The notes below the pieces were generated by a model, which saw only the letters and a program-made list of their open reading frames with translations, searched no databases and was not told where the DNA came from. From the human T2T-CHM13v2.0 reference genome, Homo sapiens: DNA of 64,000 bases. Positions 1 through 15,500 of the stretch are shown here, one piece after another (position 1 is the first letter of the stretch; every line of letters starts with the position of its first letter). Position numbers and translations under genes: made by a program. Location: the NCBI RefSeq assembly GCF_009914755.1, contig NC_060941.1. One strand, given 5' to 3'.

Positions 1-890
1 TCGCTATCCCCAGTCTACTCCAGCACCCTCCACTCTCTATTGCTGGGTCCAGTGGGCACGCTGCTGCTCATCTCATCCACTCAATCTGAAGTGCTGACCC
101 CTCCCTCTGTCCCGAAATGCCTCTCTCCCCTTGACTGCTGTGCCACCACACCTTCTTGCCTCCTCATGCCCCTATGATGGGTCATTTTAGCCTTCTTTGT
201 GGTTCTTCCTCCTCTGCCTGACCCTTGAGTGTAGGCTTTCCTCAGGATTCCACACTCTGCTTTCTCTCAACACATTCTTCTAAGGTAATCTCATTCATCG
301 GCATGGCTTCCATCACCTTCCATGCCACTGACTCTTCAGATCTGCATTTCTAGCACAGATCTCACTCTCCTGAGCTCCAAACCCACATATCCAAGAGCCC
401 AATGACAGCTCCACTTACATGAGCCATAGGGACCTCAAATGCAATGTGTCCTAAACCAAACTCATTATCATCCACTCCAAACCTGTTCTTCCTCCCATGT
501 TCCCATGTCAGGAGATTTCAGCAACAAAACCTTCTCTTAGCTCTTTTTTCTTATGCATGTAAATCACCAAGTCTTGGTAAATCTGCCTCCTAAACTGAAC
601 ACCGCTTAAACGCAACCACTGCTCTCTAGGTTCATAACTACTTCTATACCTGAAGTCCTCACCATCTCTTGCCTAGATAACTGAATAGCCTCCTAACTGG
701 TCCTCTTGTTTCAACTCTTCCTCCCCTCCATTTTCCACACTGCTGCCAAAGTAATCTTTCTAATGTGCAAATCTAATTGTGTCCTGTTGTGGATATTGTT
801 TTATTCTGCTGTGAATGTTTAACACTGAGCACACAGTACAGTAGGCACTTGATAATCAGTAAATGCTTATTGAGTAAAAAGAATAAATTA
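1..890 (+). mobile_element. L2 LINE fragment(s)
   Basis: Pyrimidine-rich L2-like text (ctcctgagctccaaacccacatatcc..., ctccattttccacactgctgccaaagtaatctttct) and an L2 3'-end-like sequence at 830-885. Confidence 0.7.
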
Positions 891-1164
891 CTGAAACGTC
901 CAGTAGGCCTACACTTTGACCTATGAACTAAAGATGTAAGTTTCACAGATTAACATTATAAAATGTGTGAAAAGCCCAGACTGACAACCAACCATTAACA
1001 CCAAATTTAAGCAACTTACATAATCTTAGTCTTAAAATAACTGCGAGGTTTACATCAAACTCTTAAAAATTACTGCTCTACTTCTCCCCTCCCCCCAGAC
1101 AAAAATAGTTGCTCCACTTTCCAAGAAAATCAAAAACAAATCTGAACATTCAACATTTACTTAC

Positions 1165-1192
1165 GTGCAAAGAATTGACTGGTCCTCACGAT
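1165..1192 (-). CDS. MYH10: MYH10 exon 4 (28-nt exon, (D)REDQSILC(T), just before the P-loop)
   Basis: ttttgttctgttttatag|ATCGTGAGGACCAGTCAATTCTTTGCAC|gtaagt. Phase 1 fits the end of exon 3, and DREDQSILCT is the conserved myosin II motif preceding GESGAGKT. Too short for the ORF track. Confidence 0.95.
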
Positions 1193-1469
1193 CTATAAAA
1201 CAGAACAAAACAAACAAAAAAAAGAAAGTGACCATTTGCCTGGTTTTAAAATATTTGATATAATAAAGTTGCAGTAATAGCCTATAAAATATTAGTAACT
1301 ACTCCTCTCGAGCCAAGTTAATGCCTCCAACCCCATTATACAGTCCTAAATCTAATCAAACCCCCTCATATCTCCTATTATTATGCCAGTCTCTGGGGGT
1401 AAATAACAGTAACTCAGGCTTATTCCACACATCGTTTGCCTGGATGACTTTATATGCCTAATTAACCTT

Positions 1470-1640
1470 GATTCTCAAACCCTGCCGCATACAAATTCAA
1501 CCGGGAAGTTTTATAAAAATGTATTTCCTGGCACTCCACCTCACTAAATCATTCAACTCTGGGAGATGGGGATTAAAAACCCTTCTTTAAATAAGCTCCC
1601 CAGGTGATTATGACACCTGGCCAGATTTGGAAACCACGGC
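1470..1640. mobile_element. MER5-type hAT-Charlie MITE
   Basis: ttctcaaac...aagctccccaggtgatt...tttggaaaccac, typical MER5 ends. Confidence 0.6.
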
Positions 1641-2392
1641 CTTTCAGAATGGCTTCAAGAATACCCACAACCAGAGAGGAATCATTGCTAATGTCATCTT
1701 AAAGGAGGAAAAAAAGTATTAAACACTGAGTGGAAAGAAAGTTGAAGGAGTATAAACATCTATAAATATAGTCTCAAGTCAACATGTTTTATACACCAAA
1801 TACAACAAAAGAATCTAACATGATTTTAAAGTGATTAATAATTTAAGGATCCAACTAAAATTTTCAAATAAAAAGGTGAAAATCAAACCACTATCTAGCC
1901 CATGGACAAAATTACCAGTAGAGGATGCAGAATTTCTAATCACTTATGAGTATTACTATCCCTATTTCACAGATGAGAAAATGTTCCTCAGGGAGGCTAG
2001 GTAATCCTCCCAAGTGACACGGCTACGAAGGGGCAAGGTTGCCAGGATGAGGACCCAGGCCTGTCTGCCTCTAGCACCTGTGTGTGTTCTCAACAATACG
2101 AAACAAGTTTGTCATTGCCTAGAAAGGAACTGAGCTCACAAGTCCTGGCCCAAGTAGCTTTTTTGCTGCTTGCTATGCTGTGCTTTCTTTTCCTCTGGTG
2201 GATGCCTCCGGTGCCTAAGGAGGATTTCACAGCAGTTAGGCATAAATAACTTCCATGAAAGAGAAATAAGTGCTCCGTTCACTATGTCGTATTCTTTTTT
2301 ACATAATATTATTAAACAAATCCATTCATATATTCTATGTATAAACTGAGATTTACAAAGAACACAGTACTGTCCTGCTCAAGTCTAATTTC

Positions 2393-2694
<302 letters not shown>

Positions 2695-2846
2695 TAATTT
2701 CATTCTAATAGCTCATAACCTGGTGTTATTCTTCCTTCTGGCTGCCACAGCCAACATTTATAGTACATAGTCAATGTCTGCCTCCTTTATTCATTTACTT
2801 ACACAGAGATCACACTATATCCTTTCTTCCAACATACTCTTCCTAG

Positions 2847-3258
<412 letters not shown>

Positions 3259-5011
3259 AATGTTGCCTTCTTTTAAGTGTATTTTAGAATCAGACAAACA
3301 ATACTGCGGTTGACTGCCCACTAGAATGCATTGCTTGAGATCCGAGACTGTCTTACTTCTTTATTCTCAGGATTAACAGCCTTGGTGAGCCACAGCTAGC
3401 TTTAATAGAGGTCTGCTGAGAGAAACCCAGTGCTAGGTGCCATGTGGGCACTGGCAAGATAATGGGGCCTGGAATCTTTTCTAGTTCTAGCTCTGCCACA
3501 AACTGTGTATCTATAAATGAGGCATTTATTCCTTGCTGGCTGGTTCTTCACCTATAAACCATGATTTTACCACGTCTTTGCTTATTCACTCTCAATATGA
3601 ATCTTCAGACCCCCGAATTTTCCTGGTCTTAGCAATTTCTATAGAACTCCACTATACCAAGTTGTTTATGGTTTTTCGAAAGTAGTTTACACATTAAAGA
3701 AATCAAAGCACACAAAAATTAACCCAAATCGAATTGCCTCCTAATTCATTCAAAATGGCGTTCTTCCTGCGTCTGTACATGCTATTATCAATGTCTAAAA
3801 TTTGAGACCTACACTACAGCCTGCTGCATACTTCATTCCCCCACGCTTCTTGCTATCCCACCCCCTGTCAAACAACAACAAAAAACCAACTCTCTTCTAG
3901 CCAGACTCATCTATTTTTGTTATTTGTCTGTCTGATCTTGTATTAACTTTGGGCCTCAGTACACAGGGGATAGGCTTGCCAACCTCCCAGATTCTCTCCA
4001 ACTCTGTGATCAACTCCCCACCTCTGCTTCACTGAATCCTCTGTACCCTTCAAGGATCAACTGCAGGACTACGACAGTTTCCAATGATCTTTATACTCTA
4101 AAACCCTATACATGTAACCAAACAGAGCCTTACGGTGATATTAAAGGGGGAAAAACTCACTTTCAAAAATGCAACTAGCCTTCTAAACAGTAGGGACTCA
4201 TTTGATAGCTCAGTATTTTCCAAAGCACCTTCTAAAAATCACATAAGGAGGTATGCAATAAATCCATGTTGAATCAAATCATTTTCTAAACATGAGAAAG
4301 TTTTTAAATCAATGATCTGGGCTCTTACCTAAATAAAAACTAGAAAAGAGCAAATTAAATCAAAAGTAAGGAGAAGAAAGGAAATGATAAAGAAATCAAT
4401 GAAATGGAAAACAGAAAAAAGAAAAAAAAATCAATGAAACCAAATGTTCCTTCTTTGAGAAGATCAATGGTATTGACAAACCTCTAGCTGAAGTAATCAG
4501 GAAAAAGGAGAAAAGGACACAAACTGCCAATATCTGTAATTTTTAAAAAGTAGTATGATTAAGAACCCATGGATATTGAAAAGATAATAAGAAAATATTA
4601 AGAATGACTTTATGACAAAATATTCAACAACTAAGATGAAAGGGATAAATTATTTAAAAGACACAACCACTAAAACTCACTCAAGAAGAAATGGTAACCT
4701 GCATAGCCTTCTATCTATTAAAGAAAATGAAATTGTAATTAAAAATCTTCTCACAAAGAAATCATAGCTCTATTAGAAAATTCTCCAAAACAGGTAGGGA
4801 ATAAATAACACCAATTCTATATAAACTCTTTAGAAAACTGAAGAGGAAGAAGCATTTCTCAATCCATTCTAAGAGACAAACCTTACCCTGATAATGAAAT
4901 CAGAAAAAAAAAAAAAAAAAAAGACATTGCAATAAAAGAAAACCACATATAAATATCACTCATAAACAAATGCTCAAAAATCCTTAACAAAATGTTGGTA
5001 AATCAAATCCA

Positions 5012-5014
<3 letters not shown>

Positions 5015-5064
<50 letters not shown>
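5015..5064. repeat. (AT)25 microsatellite
   Basis: Pure AT dinucleotide run. Confidence 0.97.
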
Positions 5065-5071
<7 letters not shown>

Positions 5072-6723
5072 GATGCACAGAAAGAACAAATGGTGTCTGT
5101 CCTGGGAATGCAAGGCTAGTTCAACATCCCAAAGGTGAATAATCTAATTCATCACATCAACAGACTTAAAGAAGAAACACCCTCTGACCATCTGAATAGA
5201 TGTAAAAAAGCGTTTGACAAAACTTAATATCCACTGATGATTTTTAAAAACTCAGCAAACTAGAAATACAAGGGAACTTCAACCTGATAAAGGTCAGTCA
5301 CAAACAACCCTACAGTTAATATCCTCTTTAATAGTGAAAAACTGAATGCTATCCCTCTAAGGTCAGGGACAAGGGAAGGATATTTGTTCTCACCACTCCT
5401 ATTCAACGCTACAAAGTAAGAAAACAAAATCCAAAGCATAGATTGAAAAGGAGGAAATAGCAATGTCTCTGTTTGCAGAGGACATAGACAGAAAATCCCA
5501 AACAATCTACAATACACAAAAACAAACAAACAAACAAAAAAACCCTTTCAGACTAAGTTTAGCAAGGTTGCAAAAAAAGTCAATGTATATTTTAAATATC
5601 CTATTTCTATATATTAATAATGAACAATTTGAAATTGAAATTTTGAAAGTTCCATTAAAACTAAAAAAATTAAATGTTTAGTTATACCAAGGTATATGAT
5701 ATACTTGGTTATAAATCTGATGAAGTATACGCAACATCTCTGTATGCTGAAAACTACAAAACACTAATGAAAGAAGTCAAAGAAGACCTATAGAGAGACA
5801 AACTGTTGATGGATTGGAAGACTCAATATCGTTGTTAATTCGGCCTCAACTGATCTATAGATTCAGTGCAATCCAATCAAAATGTCAGCAGTATATTTTG
5901 GGCAAAAAGCGACAAACTGATTTCTAAAATTTATACCTATGGAAAGACAAAGGAACTAAAATAAAGAATTTTTTAAAAGAACAGTGGTAGAAGACTCACA
6001 CTACCTGATTTCAAGGTTTACTGTAAAGCTACTGTAACTAAGCCAGTGTGATACTGGCAAAAGGAAAGACATATAGATCAAAGGAACAGAGAGTCCTGGA
6101 ATAGACCTTTGTTGATTTTCCACAAAGGTACAAAGGCAATTCAATGGAGAAATAGTTGTTTCAACAAATAGTGCTAGAACAATTGAATATCCATAAGCAA
6201 AAAGATGACTCGCAACCCATACTTTGCACCATATACAAAAATTAAACCAAAATAGGTCACAGACTGGGAGGAAAAAAATTGCAAATCACTTATCCAATAA
6301 AAGACTTATATCTAGAAAGGACAAAGAACTCTCAAAATTGAAAAATCAGAAAACTATCAAATTTTTAAAAATGATAGTAAGATTTGGACATTTCACCAAA
6401 GATATACAGATGCAAAATAAGCACATCAAAAGATGCATTAGGAAAATGCAACTTAAAACTACAGTGAGATACTACTACTCATCTATTAGAAAGAATACAA
6501 TTTAATAAAGATGGACAATACCAAGGGCTAACAAGGATGGCGAACACCTGGAATTCATCTATTGCTGGTAGAAATGCAAAATGGCACAGCCACTTTAGAA
6601 AATAGTTTGGTAATTTCTTATAAAGTTAAACACACATCTACCATATGACCCAGCGATCTTACTCCTAGGTATTGACTCAAATGAAATGAAAACTTATGCT
6701 CACACAAAAGCCTGTATACAAAT

Positions 6724-7072
6724 GTTGACCCCCGTTATCTGTGGGGGATTGGTTCCACGACAACCCCAACCCACAGCAGATAAAAAAATCCATGGATACT
6801 CAAGTCCCTTATATAAAATGGCAGAGTATCTGCATATACCCTACACACATCCTCCCATATATTGAAACTTTAAGTCCTGTCTAGATTACTTATAATAGTA
6901 CAATGAAAATGCTATGTAAATAGTTGCTATAGTGTATTGTTTAGGGAATAATGAAAAGAACAAAAGTCTGTCTGTACATCTTCAGTACAGGCGCAACCAT
7001 CCATTATTTTCCCCAATCCACAGTTGGTTGAATCTGCAAATGTGGGACCCACGAATACAGAGGGCCAACTGT
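6724..7072 (+). mobile_element. MER2 (TcMar-Tigger MITE) nested in L1
   Basis: ttatctgtgggggattggttcc...ctcaagtcccttatataaaatgg...gaatacagagggccaactgta, with terminal inverted repeats. Confidence 0.85.
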
Positions 7073-7385
7073 ACAGTGTCTTAATTGCCAAAAACTGAAA
7101 ACAATCTAAATGTTCTTTACATGGTGAGTGAATAAACCATGGAATATGCATATAATGGACTATTACTCAGCACTAAAAAAGAATGAACTACTGGTGAATG
7201 AATCTCAAATGCATTATGCTAAAAAAAGAAGCCACACTCAAAAGGTTAAAGTGTGGATGACTATAGGACATTCTCGAAACGGCAGCACTAGTGTTTATTC
7301 CTAGCGTTTATTTATTTTTGGCTACAGTAAAGGATAATGGGTGATTCATAAGAAACCTAATGATTTTTGGACATTTTAAAACTAA

Positions 7386-7897
<512 letters not shown>

Positions 7898-8245
7898 TAG
7901 TTCCTACTGTCTATATCTCTACATCAGAAGATTCAATACAAAGATCCAAGACAACTATAAATCACTATTAAATGTTCCTTTTCCTGACATAAAATAATGC
8001 TCTTTGTCCTTGTTTTGGCTTTGAGGTCTACTTTAGGCTGAAGTGACTTTAGACTATGCTTTCTTTTTGTATGCATTTGGCTGAGGTATCTGCCCAGTCT
8101 TGTACTTTTATTATTTTGCTACTTTGAGATGTCTTTCTTGTAAATGGCATATGAGTGTATTAGGCTCTCTTTTATTTACAGGGGTGTTAAAAGTACTTAT
8201 GTTTATTGTTATAAGTGCTATATTTGGTGTTACATATTTTCTGAC

Positions 8246-8543
8246 TTTTTTTTTTTTTTTTGAGACAGAGTCTCACTCTGTTACCCAAGCTGGAGTGCAG
8301 TGGCGCGATCTTGGCTCACTGAAATCTCCGCCTCCCAGGTTCAAGTGATTCTCGTGCCTCAGCCTCCTGAGCAGCTGGGATTACAGGCATGAGTTACCAC
8401 GCCCAGCTAATTCTTTTCTATTTTGAGTAGAGATGGGGTTTTCACCATGTTGGCCAGGCTGGTCTCGACTCCTGACCTCAGGTGATCCACCTGCCTCAGC
8501 CTCCCAAGCTGGGATTATGGGCGTAAGCCACTGTGCCTGGCCC
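8246..8543 (-). mobile_element. AluS-like
   Basis: Full Alu, TSD ttttctgacttttt. Confidence 0.9.
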
Positions 8544-8721
8544 ATTTTCTGACTTTTTAAAGCCTTCCTTGATGTTTCTTTTATAGAATGGCTTGTTTTC
8601 CTTGCTTTTATTTCTCCTAATGTAGGAAACTTGTATCCAGTTTCGAAGTCCTTCAACTTGCTTTCTCAAGGTTCACATTTTGATGTGTAGCAACCTTATT
8701 CTTAAAATGCTTATTCTTAAA

Positions 8722-8785
8722 AGGGAGGGGGAGTAGGAGGGAGGGGGAGTAGGAGGGAGGGGGAGTAGGAGGGAGGGGGAGTAGG
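8722..8785 (+). repeat. 16-bp G-rich minisatellite (AGGGAGGGGGAGTAGG)x4
   Basis: Four perfect copies starting at 8722, 8738, 8754 and 8770. Confidence 0.95.
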
Positions 8786-9712
8786 TCTACCTGTTACCCT
8801 CACAAGATCACTCAGTAGTCCTAACATCTTTTCAAGGTGGCTGCTTGCCATTTCACTGTATGGATGAGCCATCCTCTAATTAATTACTTATTGATATAAT
8901 AATTGGTTGTTTCCAGTGTTTCTCAGGAAGCTACCAGAGGTTATCCTCTATCCAAAAATTTTAACAGCATATGAGATCCATAAATTAATACAACCAAGGA
9001 AAGAAGCAAAAGGAATTTCTAGATTACGTAAGGGCAAAGGCAAGTCTAAAGAAACAAGCACGAACTGGAGGAGGGTAACAGGCTTTGGGAGGTGCGTCGT
9101 CAAGGGGGAAAGACCCTGAGAAATTACTTGATGCACTTGTGTCTACTGAAAGAGGATGTGTAGTTCAAATTGATGTAGGTGATTGCAAAACTACCCTAGT
9201 CCCCAAAATGGGAAAAATACTAACCACAAAGAAAACAAATTATATAAGAAAGGAAATGTAATCATAGGATAATAATTAAAATGTTGAATGTTAAAATGTA
9301 AAATGTTGATTGAACTTCTATCAGGAAGATATGGGGAGGGTTTAGATGAGTATAAAAACTCTTCTTCCATAATAGGAAGTCTAAAGATAGAAAGACAAGA
9401 AAGAAAGAAAAGAAAGGAGAAGAAAAGAAAGAAAGAGAAGAAAGAAAGAAAAAGAATATCATAGGCTTCTTACTTATTAATAATTATTTATATACTTATA
9501 TACTTATTTATATATGTACATATGTAAGAAGAAATTCCTAAAGAGGGAATCCAGAATAGTTAGGGTATCTCCAGTTTTATGTCTTATTCTACTGTGTATT
9601 TCTGTTTTTTAAAACTATCTTTATATGTTGCCTTAATTAAAAAGTAAAACATAATTTAAGCATTCAAATTTCTTTGACAAATTCTGATCTTGATGCTATA
9701 TAGTTTACTCAT

Positions 9713-10011
<299 letters not shown>

Positions 10012-10077
10012 TACTCTGCATTGTTTAATGGTCTAACCCATTTAGATTACATAGGAAGTACCTAGTCCTTAAGATTT

Positions 10078-10238
<161 letters not shown>

Positions 10239-10249
10239 TAAGATTTGAC

Positions 10250-11560
<1,311 letters not shown>

Positions 11561-11719
11561 GATGTACATGTAAGTATTATCTGTCTCTCCTAGATGACTA
11601 CATCACACTATTTCTATCTTAAACCACCAATCTCTCCTCCCTCCTCCTCACTCTCAGCTGAAACCCTGCTTCATTTTCACAAGCTCCTGCCAGCAACCAT
11701 ATCTGCCTACCCATCTGCA

Positions 11720-13100
11720 ACACTGGTTTGAAAAATCTGGCTGTAAAAGGAAGGTGGAAAGAACTAATTTTCTTATTTAAAGTAACGGGTAAAACTTTAG
11801 CTAATAGGGAAAATTTACTGCTAATGTTAGGAGCCTATAAAAAGAGAAGCAGAAGATACAGTCACAACCCAGAATAATCAACACCATGAGATTCTTAAGA
11901 AGGTTAAGAGGATGTGATCAGCATCAGAGGTGAAGGACTAGGTAAGACCAGCCTTTGACAGGAGTAGACACAAGAGAGAATGATCTGTTCATCTAGCTGG
12001 GGCAGTTTCTCTGCAGTGCCTCTGTGGAATGGGAAACAAGCCATCAGCCAGGGAGTAGAGGGGCAAGGAGGGACCCAGAGATCTGGAGCCTGTAGAGGTT
12101 TGAAATAGTCATTATGGAGAGTGGGAGGACCAAGGTAGGATTAGCAAGAGTTGAGTGTAGAATCAGGGCTCACGGTCAGGAAATTACAGTGGTATTTATC
12201 TGTTCCATTATGTGAGCATAACTCCAGAAGCATCAGCAACCCAAGTAACAGCATTAAAAGAGACAAATATCTTGATTCATCCAGCGTGAGTTTTACCAAA
12301 CAAGAATAACCAATGAACAACGGGACAAGGGAGGGGTTTAGGAAATGGGTAGAAGATGGCCATGAAATCTAAATTATACAAGGCAGAAAGTGAAGGGTGT
12401 TGTTAACATATAGGGGGAAAGTAAAACAAGTAATGGGCTGGGGATCCACATGAAGTCAAAGAACACATTTAGGAGATTGGACTCTCTTCTCCTAAGAAGT
12501 CCAATCTTCTTGATTGGACTACCAATATGGAAGGATGCTGCATTAGAACTACTGAAACATTATCTGAAAAGTCAGTTAATTCTAAAAGATGGCAGAGTCT
12601 AGAGCATCACCATAGATGTTGGTGGCATAAGTGAGAGACGGAGGAATTCATATGAAGGACCTTACGATCAAGGGACTTGACTGTTCATTAAAAACTATGA
12701 AGTAACACAGGGCAATGGCAAGGCTTGAGGCAGAGAGGAAACAACGTGCTGGGGCCCATCATGGAGTGAGAGAGGAACCAAGAAGAAAGCTGCTGAAAGT
12801 AATGAGTGGTGATGGAGGTGCGGCTTTTCCAAGGCAGTAAAGGAGTAATGGTTTAGCAGACACATAGACACAGTGTTAGTAAGGACACTAACCCTATCTC
12901 CCAGTGCATAGGATTTGAGTGATGGAGCACTCTTCACTAAATGGACTCATACCCCGTATGTGGGGGAAAGCCAAGTCTCGGTTAAAGCTTGAAGGAAAAG
13001 AAAATATTCACTGAAGATACTAAACATACAGAAAGTTTGCACATCAGAGAGTGGGAGTTACCTAAGGCAAAAATGAAAAGGGAGTATTATGGAAATGAAA
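11720..13100 (-). mobile_element. Degraded L2 fragments
   Basis: Purine-rich reverse-L2-like text. Identification is by composition and short motifs only. Confidence 0.45.
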
Positions 13101-13989
13101 ACATGACTGGAAACACAGTGAATTTCATTCCAGGATTCCATGAAGATGGTGGACTCTCATGTCTTAAATTTTCATTGTGGCCTAAAAAAGTGGCCCCTGC
13201 AGGTATTGTTACAGCAAGCAAAACTTTCCTTTCCATCTACCCAGGTCAACCGGGGTTGGTAGCAGTGTTGGTTGCCTGCTGCTGAATGGAAGCTACCTGG
13301 GGTGGAACTGGGCTGGTGAGGCATCAGGAACAAAGGAAGACAAGCCACAAGGTGGTGAGCCTCACTGTGGGTACTCCTAGGTGACCTCAGATGATTATGT
13401 GCAAGGTAGAGGCCTCGGTGTTCCTAAATTCAGTTCCTAACACACAGTGTTGCAAATGAGAAGCCCGATGCTACTGACTCCCTTTCCATGTCATGTTGCC
13501 CTATCCACCAAGGTATGCAAGACGAAGCGTATCTCCTTTCACTATTTCCACCCAGCACTTTTATCTGAACACCTGAGTGTGTCTTTAGTTCAGGTGAACT
13601 TTTTCAAAAATATCACTTTTTTCATGGAACCCAAGAATCTACACATACATTCCATGTTTCCTACTCCTTCTCTCATAAGCACCATCTGATTCTTTTTGGT
13701 CTCCATTCTAGTCTTCAAATCTACTGCTCTAGTTTCCAATTCTGTCTAATCTACCATTCCATGCTTTTAATGAATGTATGATTTTTTGCAGTCAAGTTTA
13801 CGTCTAAGAACTCTGCTTTCATTCATTCATTCAACAAATATTTATTAAGCAACTACTATGTGCCAGGCACACAACTGCATTTTGATACAGTATCCCCTAA
13901 AATCCAATTTAAAAAAAATTAAGCTAGCTTCCTGCTTTTTCACATAAAAAGCAAAAACTTTTGAATATTTTTTATTAATACACTTAAAG

Positions 13990-14430
13990 ATGTGGGATGT
14001 GTGACCAAAAAGTTTGTGCATGATATGAAACTAGGAAGGATGATAAATACATTTCATGCAAGAAACAGAATCTTTTTTTTTTTTTTTTTGAGACGGAGTC
14101 TCGTTCTTTCGCCCAGGCCGGACCACAGTGTCACGATCTCGACTCACTGCAAACTGCACCTCCCGGGTTCACGCCATTCTCCCGCCTCAGCCTCCCGAGT
14201 AGCTGGGACTACAGGCGTGTGCTGCCACGCCCGGCTAATTTTTTGTATTTTCTTTAATACAGACGGGGTTTCACCGTGTTAGCCAGGATGATCTCGATCT
14301 CCTGACCTCGTGATCCGCTGGCCTCAGCCTCCCAAAGTGCTGGGATTATAGGTGTGAGCCACCGTGCCCGGCCAAGAAACAGAATCTTAAAAGCTCTTGG
14401 CAGCTTGGATGGGGAATTGAATCTAAAATG
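13990..14430 (+). mobile_element. CR1/L3 ORF2 fragment split by an Alu
   Basis: aagtttgtgcatgatatgaaactaggaagg resembles the CR1 RT motif KFADDTKLGG and resumes after the Alu. Confidence 0.5.
14073..14373 (-). mobile_element. AluY-like
   Basis: Y diagnostics, TSD aagaaacagaatctt. Confidence 0.92.
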
Positions 14431-15159
14431 ATAGATCAGTGGGGCCACGTGCTCTGAATTCTCCACACGGTCCTTGGTCAGGCTACTGATCCTCTTCTTA
14501 GGTCCAGTGACACTTAGCTATCCATTCACATTTGTAATTGAAGACCTAGATTGATTGGCATTGGTAGCCGGTGTGAGCTTTACCAGCAATGCTGCATATG
14601 CTAATGTCTGACTAGCCCTGCAGATGCCCCCTCAATTATGTTGTGTAGTAGATCAGCAGGTAGCCCCCTACTTACAAAATCAAATACAAAGGGAAATTGT
14701 TTAGAGTGGGTTGTTTTCATTTTCTGTATCAAACTTTTAAATTTTTATGTAATCAAAACTATCATCAACTAATTCCTTTTAACTTTCACATGGAGGTTTA
14801 TTATTGTGGATAAGAATGTGTCACACTGCCTGGTTTTGAATCCTAGCTTGTATTTTTCACTATATACACTTTGTTGGTCAAGTTATTTATTTAACTTTCT
14901 TGTGCCTTGGTAAAATAGGGATAGTAATTCTATTTACTTTACAAGCTTGTCATTAACTAAATAAGACACAAAGCCTTTACCCAGTGCTTGACACACAGTA
15001 ATTTTCAATAAATGTTTATTCTAGCACTAAAAATGATATTAATAATATGATATGCTGATAAGCCACATCTGCCTCATATCTTCCTCATTCTGTTTACTAA
15101 AGAGGAGTTTTCACCAGCAAAGCCACAGAGCCAACAATTCTTCCTCATACTGTATCCAT

Positions 15160-15500
15160 ACAGCTGGTCTGGGAACCCACTAATGGGATATAATGTTTAT
15201 CCCTGTTAACTATTATGTTAGATTCAACTCCTCATTCAACCTGTCAAGAGATTTTTAAATCCTGTTTCTTTTCATCAAATGTATCATTATCCCTCCCAGT
15301 TTCATGCCATTGACAAATTTTACAGGAATGCATCCCACCTCTTCAAGTATGCTGATAAAAATATTAAAAGGGGGCACACACCCTTTGGTGCACATCCGGA
15401 TAGATCTGGTCAACCTCAGTCATTAATCAGTCATTAATCAATATACTCACATTGTTTTCAGACTGTTCTCTTAACATATTTTAAGCTCAAGGATTGGTTT
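15160..15500 (-). mobile_element. CR1/L3 fragment
   Basis: atccctcccagtttcatgccattgacaaattt is the reverse of the same CR1 RT motif. Confidence 0.5.

Larger units (their letters stand above)
4330..7280 (+). mobile_element. Old L1M (ORF2 to 3'UTR), antisense to MYH10, interrupted by (AT)n and MER2
   Basis: A-rich L1 ORF2-like text (ttctttgagaagatcaat, gggaatgcaaggctagttcaacat, ggattggaagactcaatat, ccatatgacccagcgat). Confidence 0.85.

Noticed and set aside
5683-5714. Small imperfect hairpin taccaaggtatatgatatacttggtt
   Set aside because: About 30 bp, AT-rich and inside L1 sequence. Too short for a miRNA precursor or MITE call.
8722-8785. Short regular repeats as a CRISPR-like array
   Set aside because: Head-to-tail repeats without unique spacers, eukaryotic context, no cas-like ORFs.
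13990-15330. Oppositely oriented CR1 fragments as a second palindrome
   Set aside because: Similarity is low and explained by two ancient copies of the same RT region, unlike the gapless 89% arms at 56-58 kb.
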